Shown here: positions 23,538 to 36,443 of the stretch, piece after piece
Layout: every line of letters begins with the position of its first letter
How positions within the stretch are numbered: the first letter of the stretch is position 1
NCBI RefSeq assembly: GCF_001194135.2
Contig: NC_068991.1
Coordinates: 49,773,916-49,837,915, forward strand
Source of the DNA: Octopus bimaculoides
Taxonomy: Eukaryota
Length of the DNA stretch: 64,000 nt
Direction: 5' to 3'
The notes under the pieces: model-generated
Seen by the model: only the letters and a program-made list of their open reading frames with translations
What the model was told of the DNA's origin: nothing
The model's database searches: none
Program-made: the position numbers and the translations under genes

Positions 23538-23694
23538 CTGGTGAAAATCTAACACATTCAATTTGTTCAGAGCCATCACAATGGGTGGTAATAATTTCTC
23601 GTGTGGTCAGGTCTAATACTAGCCAACGTCCTGTCTGAGTGCCAATTACAGTTAAGTTACCATCTGGATGGAAACAGCAACAATGAGCACACTC
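23538..23694 (-). CDS. EML1: EML WD40 exon (ECAHCCCFHPDGNLTVIGTQTGRWLVLDLTTREIITTHCDGSEQIECVRFSP)
   Basis: tttttcag|GAG ... CCAG|gtaatt. 157 nt, phase 0-1. Confidence 0.95.
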
Positions 23695-23936
23695 CTGAAA
23701 AAAAAAAAAAGAATAAAAAATAACCATTATTATTATTATTGTGTGTGTGTGTATTTTTTCTGTTAATTGTATTCAATAAAAATTTTCAAGGCTGATCGAA
23801 AGTGACCACTATGGTTCTTGTAAGAAGTAAGAAATGTTGGTACTTCTAGTGTTAAAGAAATTCTAAAAGTATTCCTCAATATATTAAATATAAAAAAAGA
23901 TAAGTTGTGATAAAAGTTTAAAAAAAAAAAACTTAC

Positions 23937-24068
23937 ATTGATTTCTTTACTCCAGACAACTGTATGAGATAAACTGTCCCAAAGATAAACATGCTTATCA
24001 TAACCACAAGTAAGAAATTGGTTTTGAGTTGGATGAGGATATAATGCCCATAATTCATCAGTATGACC
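23937..24068 (-). CDS. EML1: EML WD40 exon (GHTDELWALYPHPTQNQFLTCGYDKHVYLWDSLSHTVVWSKEIN)
   Basis: ttatgtag|GGT ... AAT|gtaagt. 132 nt, phase 0-0. Confidence 0.95.
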
Positions 24069-24417
24069 CTACATAAATCAGAAAAAAATAGGTAATTTAA
24101 TAAATGGATAGACAGGCAGAAAACCAGATGTATGCAATAATGTGCATTAGCAAATAGATGAAAAGCAAAGTAATTTAACGATAGGATGATAAAGATCTGC
24201 AGATAGACACAGACCATGTTGATAGGGTAATAAGAGACATGCAGATACATCTTTACAGATCCAAGAGGATATATTTGACAAAGCTTCCAGATGTGTGTAT
24301 ATACATACATAAACATGTGCCCCAGCATGGCCACAGTCAAATGACTGAAACAACTAAAAACTAAAAGAATATACGTGTGTGCACACACATATACAAACAT
24401 ATAAATACACAGATATT

Positions 24418-24745
24418 GTAAAGGTGCATGACTTACTGGTTAGGGCATTTGGTTCATGATCATAAGATCAGGAGTTCATTTAGTGGCTGTGTGTTGTGTT
24501 CTGGAGCAAGACACTTTATTTCACATTGCTCCAGTCCACTCAGCAGCAAAAGTGGGATGTACCTGTAATTCTAAAGGCCATTCTGTGTCATGGTGAACTT
24601 ACCAGAGGACTATGTGAAGGGTACATGTGTTTGTGGAGTGCTCAACCACTTGCACGTTAATTTCACAAACAGGCTTTTTTGTTGATTGGATCAACTGGAA
24701 CACTCCTCAACATAACTGACAGAGTGCCGGTTACTTATAAACACA
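24418..24745 (+). mobile_element. tRNA-derived SINE family C, degenerate
   Basis: Core ctggagcaagacactttatttcacattgctccagtccactcagc and tail ...ccacttgcacgttaatttcac...gatcaactggaac. Confidence 0.8.
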
Positions 24746-24760
24746 CAAACGATTGACACA

Positions 24761-24804
<44 letters not shown>

Positions 24805-24817
24805 TACACACATACAT

Positions 24818-24854
<37 letters not shown>

Positions 24855-25625
24855 CAAGTNNNNNNNNNNNNNNNNNNNNNNNNNNNNNNNNNNNNNNNNN
24901 NNNNNNNNNNNNNNNNNNNNNNNNNNNNNNNNNNNNNNNNNNNNNNNNNNNNNNNNNNNNNNNNNNNNNNNNNNNNNNNNNNNNNNNNNNNNNNNNNNNN
25001 NNNNNNNNNNNNNNNNNNNNNNNNNNNNNNNNNNNNNNNNNNNNNNNNNNNNNNNNNNNNNNNNNNNNNNNNNNNNNNNNNNNNNNNNNNNNNNNNNNNN
25101 NNNNNNNNNNNNNNNNNNNNNNNNNNNNNNNNNNNNNNNNNNNNNNNNNNNNNNNNNNNNNNNNNNNNNNNNNNNNNNNNNNNNNNNNNNNNNNNNNNNN
25201 NNNNNNNNNNNNNNNNNNNNNNNNNNNNNNNNNNNNNNNNNNNNNNNNNNNNNNNNNNNNNNNNNNNNNNNNNNNNNNNNNNNNNNNNNNNNNNNNNNNN
25301 NNNNNNNNNNNNNNNNNNNNNNNNNNNNNNNNNNNNNNNNNNNNNNNNNNNNNNNNNNNNNNNNNNNNNNNNNNNNNNNNNNNNNNNNNNNNNNNNNNNN
25401 NNNNNNNNNNNNNNNNNNNNNNNNNNNNNNNNNNNNNNNNNNNNNNNNNNNNNNNNNNNNNNNNNNNNNNNNNNNNNNNNNNNNNNNNNNNNNNNNNNNN
25501 NNNNNNNNNNNNNNNNNNNNNNNNNNNNNNNNNNNNNNNNNNNNNNNNNNNNNNNNNNNNNNNNNNNNNNNNNNNNNNNNNNNNNNNNNNNNNNNNNNNN
25601 NNNNNNNNNNNNNNNNNNNNNNNNN

Positions 25626-26174
25626 GCCACTGGAAGGTCTCCCCTCGTGTGCGTGCCTTCAAGTGTTAAAATTAACACCCAGCAATACATTAGTGACATT
25701 TTGGAAGCTGAACTGCTTCCATGGGTGAATGAGCACTTTCAAGGCACACCTTGGAGCCTCCAACAAAACTCGGCACCATCCCACAGCTCCAAATAGACAC
25801 AACACTGGAGTCAGAAAAACATTCCATCATTCTTAGGCAAGGACATATGGCCCTCAAGAAGCCCCGATTTCAACCCATTGGATTTTTCTGTTTGGTCCAT
25901 TTTGGAGACAAGCACTCCTCATGCTTCGCTTGATGCTCTGAAGGCAAAACTGCACCAGGAATGGGCTTTGATTCTGCAAAAACAGCTGTGTGTGAAGTAT
26001 TCACACCGAGACTTAAGGCTGTGATTCAAAACAGGTGGTAATATTGAATAAATGTAGTGTCGTAATTGTGTTTCCTTTACCATTGCATTGCAATGCTTGA
26101 ACACAAAACCTAACAATATTTTGCTTTGGTAAAATTGAAAAAAGTTGGTTGCCTTAATTTTGAGACACCCTGTA
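25626..26174 (+). mobile_element. 3' part of a Tc1/mariner (maT/DD37D-like) transposon; the 5' part lies in the gap
   Basis: TGRSPLVCVPSSVKINTQQYISDIL...LQQNSAPSH, then WPSRSPDFNPLDFSVW in another frame. Ends with tttgagacaccctgta. Confidence 0.8.
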
Positions 26175-26387
26175 TATACACATGCATATATACACATGCA
26201 TATATACACATGCATATATACACACACACACACATACAGAAGATATATACATATATGTATAAAATGTATTTTGCTAAATTATTCTATTGGACTTTATGGT
26301 GAAACACATACAAAATTATAAAGGTGCATTTAAAAATAATTTTCATCAAAATATATTGTGTAATTGAATACATCATAATCAATTTAC

Positions 26388-26513
26388 CTGTACAATTGGG
26401 TTAAACTTGAGATATACAGTTCCTTGAAGAATACAGTTTCTAGTAGTTCCAACTAGAATGAGATTGCCTTTACCCTGACTTAATGTTCTTACTGGTCCAA
26501 ACTGTTCAGGTAT
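26388..26513 (-). CDS. EML1: EML exon (IPEQFGPVRTLSQGKGNLILVGTTRNCILQGTVYLKFNPIVQ)
   Basis: tttttag|ATA ... CAG|gtaaat. 126 nt, phase 0-0. Confidence 0.95.
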
Positions 26514-26956
26514 CTAAAAACAAGCAAAATATTTAGGTAGCTTAGTCATAAAATATTACTTAAGATTTCTTTTACATTTTGCATAATTTTTTTCATTCTA
26601 GCATGGTGAGGATGCTTTTAGCAAATGTGGACATTTTGCATATTGCTGGACTAAATGCTTGTCACAGTCTGATGCTTTTCTTACAAATTATTTAACTGAG
26701 TAAAGAAGAGTGAAACCGGATAGCTATGCAGATAGAAGCAATCAAATGTACCTTCCCATGTCAAAATGAACATAATGGCATCAATAATAAGATTTATGTT
26801 CATGGCCACATTAACCTCACAATCACTGCCTACTTCTCTCTACAATCAGTTAAAATATTTTACGGATTCATTAGTAATATTTAGAAACTGTAAACAGCTG
26901 ATTAGACAGAAAAACTACACAATTACTTTGATAAAAACATAATCATTAAAACTAAC

Positions 26957-27117
26957 CTCTGTCAGATTGCCAGTTTGTTTGTAAGAGTTACCATCCCATT
27001 CAACAATACGCCGATCTTTCCCACCACCAGAGAGTAGAAGACCGTTCTTTAAGACACATAATGAAAACACCCCTCCTTCATGAGCTCCAAGGATTGCTTG
27101 ACTGATTCGATTACCTC
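26957..27117 (-). CDS. EML1: EML WD40 exon (GNRISQAILGAHEGGVFSLCVLKNGLLLSGGGKDRRIVEWDGNSYKQTGNLTE)
   Basis: ttctctag|GA ... GAG|gttagt. 161 nt, phase 1-0. Confidence 0.96.
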
Positions 27118-27642
27118 CTAGAGAAAAAAAAATGTGTAAGTATATTATCAAAGAAACTTTATAAGCAAGGTGTTATATGGAAACATTTTAGTACAAAGCA
27201 ATGCTAGAGTTGAGGTAGAATAGCATCCACAAGTAAGTTAGTGAAGCCTGTAGAAACAAAAAAAATTATTGTAAATAATACCTACAATAGTCTACTGAAT
27301 CCTAAATTCAGTATATCAACTAGAAAATTACATATTAAAGATGCATTTAACAGGAATAAGTATATATTACTAACTCATTTTCTCACATTCAATGAAATAC
27401 TCAACAAATCTAGTCTCCTCAAATCTGTTTAATTTGCAAAAAAATCAAACAGCTGCTGAATGAACTTTCAGGACACCAAGTTTATGTAATCTTCAAAGAG
27501 TTCTCACAGATACATAGTTTAATACTAGTATATAGCGAGGATATTTTCACTTAAGTCTCAACCTTCACATCATAAAGACCCTATGCACTATCTCTTCTCA
27601 ATGGACTAAATAAACATCTACAACATCCTAAACCTTAGCATC

Positions 27643-27694
<52 letters not shown>

Positions 27695-28090
27695 TATATA
27701 TAGATTTGGGTGTGTGTGTGTATGTGTGTGCATGCACAAATTTGTATGTAGGTGATAGGAGAGCCATATATTTGCAACAAACAAATGAAGAGAAGAACTG
27801 CCTGATAGTTCTAATCCATATTAAAAAATACTAGAATCCAGGTTTCATGAAACAAACCGACAGTTTCAAAGAACTTCACTATGCACTAAATACATTTATT
27901 TCTATGAAAACAGAAATTTTCCTCAATTANNNNNNNNNNNNNNNNNNNNNNNNNNNNNNNNNNNNNNNNNNNNNNNNNNNNNNNNNNNNNNNNNNNNNNN
28001 NNNNNNNNNNNNNNNNNNNNNNNNNNNNNNNNNNNNNNNNNNNNNNNNNNNNNNNNNNNNNNNNNNNNNNNNNNNNNNNNNNNNNNNNNN

Positions 28091-28128
28091 AATGCTAGGC
28101 ACAAAATGTATTTTGGTTTTTCATGTTT
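28091..28128 (-). CDS. EML1: EML exon, 5' part only (KHEKPKYILCLAF...); the rest lies in the N-gap 27930-28090
   Basis: Acceptor ccctttcag|AAA. Matches the EML K.EKPK..LC..F motif. The sequence runs into Ns. Confidence 0.9.
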
Positions 28129-29303
28129 CTGAAAGGGAAAATAAAAGTTTTAATTAGTGAGTTAGTTTATGAGAACAGATTCTTTGGGAGAATATACTTG
28201 AAAGAACACTTAATATATTTTGTTTAAATTTATATTAAACTATAATTTTTTGATTATATTTATAAAGTTTATTTCAAAAACAATTTTCTTTAAAAGGCAT
28301 TCCAATAGTTGTTGAGAGAGAGAAAGAGAGAAAAAGAGAGAGCAAGCTATCTTCAGCCAGCTTTACACAAACAGGCTCATTGTGTAAGTGGAGCAAATGA
28401 TTCATTAAATCAGCCTTTCATCTTGAAAGGATGACCCAATAACTTGAAAGATATAGTCTCAGTTTTAAAGAGAAAAGTAAGTTTACTGGAAGATATTTGG
28501 CTGTTACACCAAGCAGGCCAAATAATTATACAGTTGATCTCTTGCTAGCTAAATATATTCTAGTAAATGAGTTACATTGACCTTGAAACTACTAAAACAT
28601 TTGAACTCGGGTTGAAAGATCTTAGCTGAGCAACTAAAATTTTCTTTAAATTACTCCAATAAAAATTCAAATATTATTTAAAATGTATATTTCCTACATT
28701 GACACAAGGCTACACTTTTTCAGAGGTTGAGCTTGTTATTCAAACTGATCCACTAGAACTTATTTTACTGACTGGTTGCATGAAGGATAAATTTGACTTA
28801 GATAACATTTCAACCCAATATAGAAAAGATTCTGCTACAGTCATCACCTTTGAAGAATATTGAGTGATAGTCAAAGGTGAGAGAAAATGTAGTATCTATA
28901 CTATAAATGAGAAAGATGATTATTAATTAGTTGGAATTTAACTTTTACTACTAGAAAGCAATTATTAAAATCTACATTGTCTAGAAAATTCTTATAATTT
29001 CCATTTTACAACATTTTTTTTATCCAACATTTTACATTTATCTAACATTTTACATTTATCTAATGTTTTACATTTGTTTCCTAACAATGCTTCCTCTCTC
29101 TTTTCACCCACTTCTTTGTTTATCACTTCCATTTCTATTAGTCTTTCTATATCCTGATGGCTATCTTTGTCATTCTTATTCTTTTTTCAATAACCTTTTC
29201 CATTTGGCTTTCATTCGTGAAAATTTTATTATATGTTTATTTATCATATCAAAATTACATAGAAATTTCATATTTAAAGTTTCACTTGGTTATACACAAT
29301 GTG

Positions 29304-29346
<43 letters not shown>

Positions 29347-29605
29347 GTGAGAGAGTTAGGGGTTGGGGGTTCAACCCACTAAGGGATAGTATCTATCCAG
29401 TATACTGCTGGGAGGGTACCCAATTATTGCTACACTAGTGCTATACTAGGTGCAATCAATGGGAGTGGGTAAAAGTGGAGGTTTTACCCAAAATTTGTGT
29501 AACAATTAGAAAATGGAGGATATGGGTTCAGCATATTATCCTCCATTTTCTAATTGTTATATATATATATATGTATATACACACACACACACACACACAC
29601 ATACA

Positions 29606-30085
29606 TACACAATGGATGTTCATTAAAAGTTTTCCCTAACCAACATCCAGTTATTACAGGAAATGGAACTTGTACACATATAATCATGTGTGTCAACATG
29701 TCACATTGTAAATTGCAACTTTCCACTAGTATTCATTTGTCTTTTACAGCTGCTGAAGTGGACTAAGTTGTTATAATGGAGGCAATGGAAGTATGTTAGC
29801 TCATCACCTCCAAAGAAGGCTCATGTCCAACCATCAGCAGGCAAGGTGATGCCCACAATCGTTTGGGACCAGCACGAAGTAGTGATGACGGATTTTCTGA
29901 CAAAGGGCACCACAATTAACGGGGGCATATTTCTCTGCTGCAGAAATTGTGAGATGCCATCAAAGCAGAGAGTTGTGGCATGTTGACCAAAGAAGTCTAC
30001 CTCCTCCAAGACAATGCCCCAGTTCACAATGCACATGTTGAAAGCACACTCCTGCAGCTATGAAGTCCTTCCACAAGAAATCAAA
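29606..30085 (+). mobile_element. Mariner relic (rearranged fragment)
   Basis: VWDQHEVVMTDFLTKGTTING and ctccaagacaatgccccagttcac (LQDNAPVH). Confidence 0.7.
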
Positions 30086-30623
30086 GTCAGGGTCAACAAT
30101 GAATTATTTTCTTTAAATATAGAGGACTAACTATAAAAGAATAAAGTATTTTGGACAATTAATCTTATCTTTTGTTTTCATTTACACAAGGTTTTGATCA
30201 ACTCAAATTTGATCATCATCATATGTCCCCTTCCTAAACATGCACTAAGTTGGATTTGAACTCGGAATTTTTATGTACTCAACACTTATTAGGTTTTTAT
30301 GAAAATATCATAAAACAATATTAGGCCTATTTATGGAGGAGAATCAGACATTTATCCTGGTTTGAAGAATAATATATTTAAAGGAACAAAACTTAATCTG
30401 AAAACAAAATTAATGTGAGTTAAAATAGTTATTTAGTTAAAATAGTNNNNNNNNNNAATTAATGTGAGTTAAAATAGTTATTTATTTTATTATATTAATT
30501 AGGGTTAAATTTATTCAAAGACTTTTTGAAGAAGAATTTTAGTATAATATGAAAAAATAAAAGAGATACTTTAAGATTTTTTAAAATACAAATCTTGAAT
30601 TTACTTCACCAAAATTAACTTAC

Positions 30624-30758
30624 ATCAAATATTCCCATCTTTTTGGTTAATGCACCACTTTCTAAGGTCCAAAATGAAATATGACTTTTGCCACATGTGA
30701 CTATAGTGTTTTTCTCTGATGGATGGAATTCAGCTCCTAGCACAGTTTCGGTTGAACT
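30624..30758 (-). CDS. EML1: EML WD40 exon (SSTETVLGAEFHPSEKNTIVTCGKSHISFWTLESGALTKKMGIFD)
   Basis: catcatcag|AGT ... GAT|gtaagt. 135 nt, phase 0-0. FHP...IVTCGKSH..FW is typical of EML. Confidence 0.95.
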
Positions 30759-31306
30759 CTGATGATGAAAAGGGGAAAACTTCATTAAAATTCAGGAAAC
30801 AGAATTATTACAATTTTTTTGCAGACAAAGCATTATTCATTTAATTAAAATTTTTTGGAACAATAAGGCATATGTATGCAATTTTCAAAGATATATAGCC
30901 AATATTATATTATATATTTAAAGGATATAACATTATATATGTAGATGATATTATAATTGTAGTTGATATTATATATGTAGATGATAGTATCGCATAAATG
31001 TAGTCAATATCATATATGTAGTTGTTATACTAATCAAGTTGTAACTGATGCAATACCTGTCTCTACTGTATTTTACTGTGATACCTCACATAATAAACAA
31101 TGAACATCAAAATTGTTTATATTTTAAAAATACCTCCTTTAAAATATAAAACTATCCTTGGTACATTTGAAAATAAGAGTTGGATAAATTTATGTCCCCT
31201 AAAATTTGAATATCTGATCCATTAAGACAAAACTAATATAGAAAATTTCAAAAGTAAATTTTATACAAATTTCAGCAAAATAGTTAAACAAGTCATTGGC
31301 AAGATT

Positions 31307-32561
31307 TACAGGTGCATTCCTGAATTTTGAGACTTTTTCCAGGAGAAACATTTATTTTTTCAAAGAAGTAGAAAACTCTAATATCCTTCAAAGTACAATC
31401 CTCTCTGACTTCAGTGCACTTGCAGCACTCCAGCCACTTCATGAAGGCCCCCCTGGAAGTCCTCCAAAGTGAAAGTGTCCAAGATCCTTGTCACAGCCTC
31501 CATCATCTTCTCTGTCTTCAAAACAACTGACCTTGAGGTCCTCCTTCAGCTTGAAGAGGAACAACCAAGTCACTGGGAGCAAAGTCTGGACTGCAGGGAG
31601 GGTGAGGGATAGTTTTGATGTCCATCTCTGTCAAGTAGTTGGTTACCAGGATGAGATTGTGGCCTGATGTACTGTCCTGGTGCAAGTGTCACTGATCCAA
31701 GTGGAAGAGCTCTAGCCCTTTGCAATGAAATCTCTTGCTGAACTCACTAAAAAGTAAAAATACCTCTTGTTGATTGTCTGGCCAATGGGAACCTAGTGGA
31801 TGTAGATGATGCCCAATGTCAAAACGGATCATCTCAAGCTTCCCAGTGGACTTGCTTTGCCTGGCCTTCTTGGGTCTCAGAGAGCCAGGATGCTTCCATT
31901 GGCACTCGCCCTCTTGGTCTCTGGATCATAACAGTAGATCCAGCTTTCATCACAGGTCACCAGAGACTCAAGTACTCTTGGACTGGATGTAATGAGTTCA
32001 ACTGTCTCTCTGCTGTCACCAATGTGTCTTTCCTTCTGTTTGTCAAACTTTGCACATGTTCAGATCTTCATGAATAATTCTGTGTACAGTTGCCATACCA
32101 ACTCCAAACTGTATGTCTTTATGGTCATGACAGTCTTTGTCTAGAAAATTGCAAATTTTCTCAACCAACTCTGATATTCTGATGCCTCTCTCCTTCCCAC
32201 ACCACTCATTATCTCTCACCTCCTCTTTACCATCCTTGAACCTCTTATGCCAGTAAAAAACAAACTGATGCTCAGCTCATACAAGTTAATCCATAAGCTG
32301 TCTGGAGTAATTAATGATTTTCTGTAGCATTTTAAAAAGCTTCCAACTTGTTTTCACATCCTGGCTGCATTCTGCAAACTAGTCAGCTGTAGCAAGCAAC
32401 ATTTAGTAAGGTGTATTCAAAGTGCTATTACAGCTGTCTTCTTCAATTTGGATTTTTAAAAATGTTTGCAGGTCAGCTTATTAGATGTGTAGTAATGATA
32501 TACTAAAATTACAATAATCTGGGACAGAAAAAGTCTCAAACCTTCTGGAATGCACCTTGTA
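31307..32561 (-). mobile_element. Degenerate mariner element with both TIRs
   Basis: tacaggtgcattcctgaattttgagact / agtctcaaaccttctggaatgcaccttgta. The minus strand includes a C-terminal EDFQGAFMKWLECC-type segment. Confidence 0.8.
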
Positions 32562-33339
32562 ATAGACTTAAAATTACTCTGAAGGTTAGAGAGGGTTGTT
32601 GGCTGGGTTGCTTGCCAATTTTATTCATGCTTGTCTTGAGGCTGCATTTGTTTCTTTCTACATTTCCATTATCACCATCACATCCTTCAAATTCAATCAC
32701 CACGTTGCTGCAACTGATAATAAAGAATATCATGCAGCTTTAGTTACCTGCATGATCTTGTCAATAATTTATGTCCCCTAGATTAATCCATGAAAAATCA
32801 TGTAAATTAAAATTCAATCCTAATTCACCTTCAATTTAATATGGAACAGAGTAGAAGCAATATGAATGCTACCATTTTATTAATCAAACTAACATATCCA
32901 AATACCTTTTGCTTTATAGCAGTGGTTCTCAACTGGGGTCCATATGACCCCTGGAAGTCCATATAAGATTTTTTTTTTTGGGGGGGGGGTCCACACTAGC
33001 AAAATAGTAAACTGGAGATCCACAGTAGTATTTTAAGTGTTAATGTAAAATTTTGATTTAAATGTATCTCTTGTAAGAAATAGCTAGGTTTCTTTCTCAA
33101 CATTTTACATAGTTCAACCTACACAAGTTAATGTGTGAATAACAAAATAAGAATTTTGTAAAAAGTATCTATAAAACTGGTTTGTAAACATTGAATGTCT
33201 ATGGGTTCCACCAGAATAAAAGAGTAATCAAAGGGACCTTAGATAAAAAAAATAGTTGAGAACCATTGCTTTATAGGGTGAATATTCTTTCTTAAGACTA
33301 CAAGCCAACTTTACCATACCATCAGTGAACCAATGTTAC

Positions 33340-33441
33340 CTTAGTTTCTGTGACTTTATGTGCCTTCTCTTTACTGATGTCCCACACAGAGATTACATGC
33401 TCATTAGCCTCATCCACTGCAACAAGATGTTGGCCTCCATC
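33340..33441 (-). CDS. EML1: EML WD40 exon (DGGQHLVAVDEANEHVISVWDISKEKAHKVTETK)
   Basis: ttttgtag|GAT ... AAG|gtaac. 102 nt, phase 0-0. Confidence 0.95.
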
Positions 33442-34146
33442 CTACAAAAGAAACCAAACATGTCAATTAGAATATTTTTTTTTTCTTTTTGACAAACCCT
33501 AAAAACATTTACACATCAAAACAAAACTTTTGTAAGAAAGAAAATAAACAGTCATTCTATTGTTCTTCAACTCTTCTTCCATTTTCCAGAGTTTCTTTGT
33601 TCCTAATTATATCAACCAGCAGATTAGTAAAATCATCACAGAATTGGACAAAATGCCTTGTGGTATTTATTACAGTTTTACATTGTGAATTCAAATCCCA
33701 CCAAAGTCAACTTTGTCTTTCTTTTAGAGTTAATAAATTCAAGTACCAGTCTAGTAATGGGGTTGATTTAATCAATTAAAACCCTCCTCACAATATTTGT
33801 AGCCTCTATAGTTAGTTCTCTCTAAGGCATCTCCTTTACTCTTGTAACAAATGACTATAATACCAGTAGTTGGGTATGCTCCTTGAACAATTTGATTAAC
33901 TATATGGGTGACAAGGTGTTACATTGTTCAAGATATTTTAAGCACCTCACTTTCCAAGTAATCTATAAACTAAACATTTTGTAGTTATGTAAATTTCACA
34001 TTTAAACTTTGCTGCGACATCAAGTTAAAAAAATTAATCTCAGTGAAATCACATGTACAGGAGTTAAATGCTTTCAGATTTAATGCAAGGTAACATATAT
34101 ATAAAGTGAGAAAATACAGGTAATGAAGGCTTTTGTTTTAACTTAC

Positions 34147-34248
34147 CAGCTTCGAAAAAGACAAACAGCATACAGCTCTTTCAAAGTCACCAATGCCAAT
34201 AACCATTAAGGTTGTAAGACGCACTGATTCCCAGATACGAATATGAGG
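34147..34248 (-). CDS. EML1: EML WD40 exon (PHIRIWESVRLTTLMVIGIGDFERAVCCLSFSKL)
   Basis: ttgtag|CCT ... CTG|gtaagt. 102 nt, phase 0-0. Translated by hand; not in the ORF track. Confidence 0.95.
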
Positions 34249-36065
34249 CTACAATGTAATCAAAAGTCTAGGTTATAAAATTTTAAATTCATAGGACAAG
34301 AATAATCTTTCAGAGAAAAAATGGTAAAAAATTAAAAACAATTCAAGTGTTTATTATCACAGTTCAGTTACAAATAATTTAAGACAGTTGGAACTAAATT
34401 GGCAGGAGATAAACTTCAGTCTGATTTGCCTGAAACCCTACACAAGAAAAGAATATCTGCAAGAGATTGCACTTAGTTTTCATAATATACAATATAATAA
34501 AGCAAAATTTAAATTACATATAGAATGTCATCATAACAATAATATCTGGAAATATATACTGCTGCAAATATTTATTTAAAAAAAAAAAAAAGACTTCATA
34601 AGGGTTTTGCTGAATAGTATAATGCAGTGTTAAGTTATAGAACTCATATTCCCATTTTATCAGGTGGTTAAAATTTAATGAAGTTTTTGCAGATAAAAAA
34701 AAATTATCTAAAATAGAACAGAACAAATACTGTCGATCCAATTGAGTTCAAGATGAGATGGCATCTGTTATAATGCCCTTAAAAGAATGGTACATTTGTG
34801 CACTGGATGTATGGTTTTATGTATCTGAAGAGGCCTCCTTCATGGTGATATGATCTGCATTGGTAATTTGGGATATCAGTTGTCATGCCTTGTGGTTGTA
34901 AAACTTTTACCTAAGAAATCACAATGATATCATCTGTGATGAGGAGCTGGCTAAATTTGCAGGTAATTATAGAAAGGTAATTAATTCTCTTCAGGTTATA
35001 TAATGACTATTGGAGCTGAACTGAAGACTACAGATTAAAAGACAAAGAAAATTTATCTTATTTGTATATCTGTTCATTAGTTTGTTATTTTTTACTGTAA
35101 AATCGATATGTTTCAGAAAATTTCTGTCTAATTAATAATAGTTTTGATGCCAAAATCTTTGCTAAATATTGAGATACTGATATGCTAATAACTGTATTTC
35201 TAAGACTTTCATATACAAAATGGTTAAGCTGAAAGTAACCTAATTAAGTCTTGTACTGCAGATATCTGCAGCTAGCACCAAATCCCGACCAATATTAAAT
35301 CACAGTAGACACAGTGTTGTTATTTTTAAAGGTCAACAACTGGAACTAAGCACTTTTCCCAAGTGAGAAAGTTTAACCTCATTTTAGAATGAACTTTTTA
35401 TTTGTCCTATGTGTGATATTTTTCTGTGTTTTGTCAAGTAAATTTCTCTAGATTTTTCTTCCTTTGACTTCAAGGTTTAATGGTGACTGATATCCTAGTG
35501 CAGGGTAAGTTAGAATTTAATGTCATTATCTATTAATGATTAATTTAATTAAGAAATCAATTTCTTGTAAATATATGTGAAAATGTTTATTCATTGTATT
35601 CAACCTACTTATCACCTAAAAGTCAACAATAGGTAAAAACTACATTCAGTATTGATATCAACAATCACTGTAACATATCAATAAATTTCATCCAGATTCA
35701 AGCAATAATTTATATTTTTAAGATTATTAAACTAGGCTATCTTTAGTTTTTGAAGAGATTTTGACAGAGAAAGCACAACAGAACTTTAAGAGTTAATCAT
35801 CATTTTTGATCCATTAAATAACACTTGTACTGATTAAAAAAAAAAAAAAAAACCTTTAGCTTAATGGTTACTTTTGGCATCAAAATGTAAGGAAAACAAT
35901 TCTGAAATTTAAATTAAATTCCAACCAAAGCCTAAAATAAACAATGTCTATGCTACAGATTAAATAAAAACACATTTTTACTTAATATCAATTCAAACCT
36001 GATAGAACAATGCAAACATGATTTTGAATTAAAAACATATGTAAGCGTGAGCGTGTGTGTGTGTG

Positions 36066-36410
36066 TGGAGGCGCAATGGCCCAGTGGTTAGGGCAGCGGA
36101 CTCGCAGTCATAGGATCACGGTTTCGATTCCCAGACCGGCGTTGTGAGTGTTTATTGAGCGAAAACACCTAAAGCTCCATGAGGCTGTGGCAGAGGATGG
36201 TGGCGAACCCTGCTGTACTCTTTCACCACAACTTTCTCTCAGTCTTACTTCCTGTTTCTGTTGTGCCTGTAATTCAAAGGGTCAGCCTTGTNNNNNNNNN
36301 NGTACACGTGTCTGTGGAGTGCTCAGCCACTTGCACGTTAATTTCACGAGCAGGCTGTTCCATTGATTGGATCAACTGGAACCCTCGACGTCGTAAGCAA
36401 CGGAGTGCCA
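36066..36410 (+). mobile_element. tRNA-derived SINE with a different head/core but the family C tail
   Basis: A box tggcccagtgg, B box ggtttcgattcc. The tail cctgtaattcaaagggtcagccttg...gatcaactggaaccctcg is shared with 4310-4630. Confidence 0.85.

Positions 36411-36443
<33 letters not shown>

Noticed and set aside
30407-30485. Exact short duplication aattaatgtgagttaaaatagttattt
   Set aside because: It brackets a 10-N gap, typical of an unmerged contig overlap.
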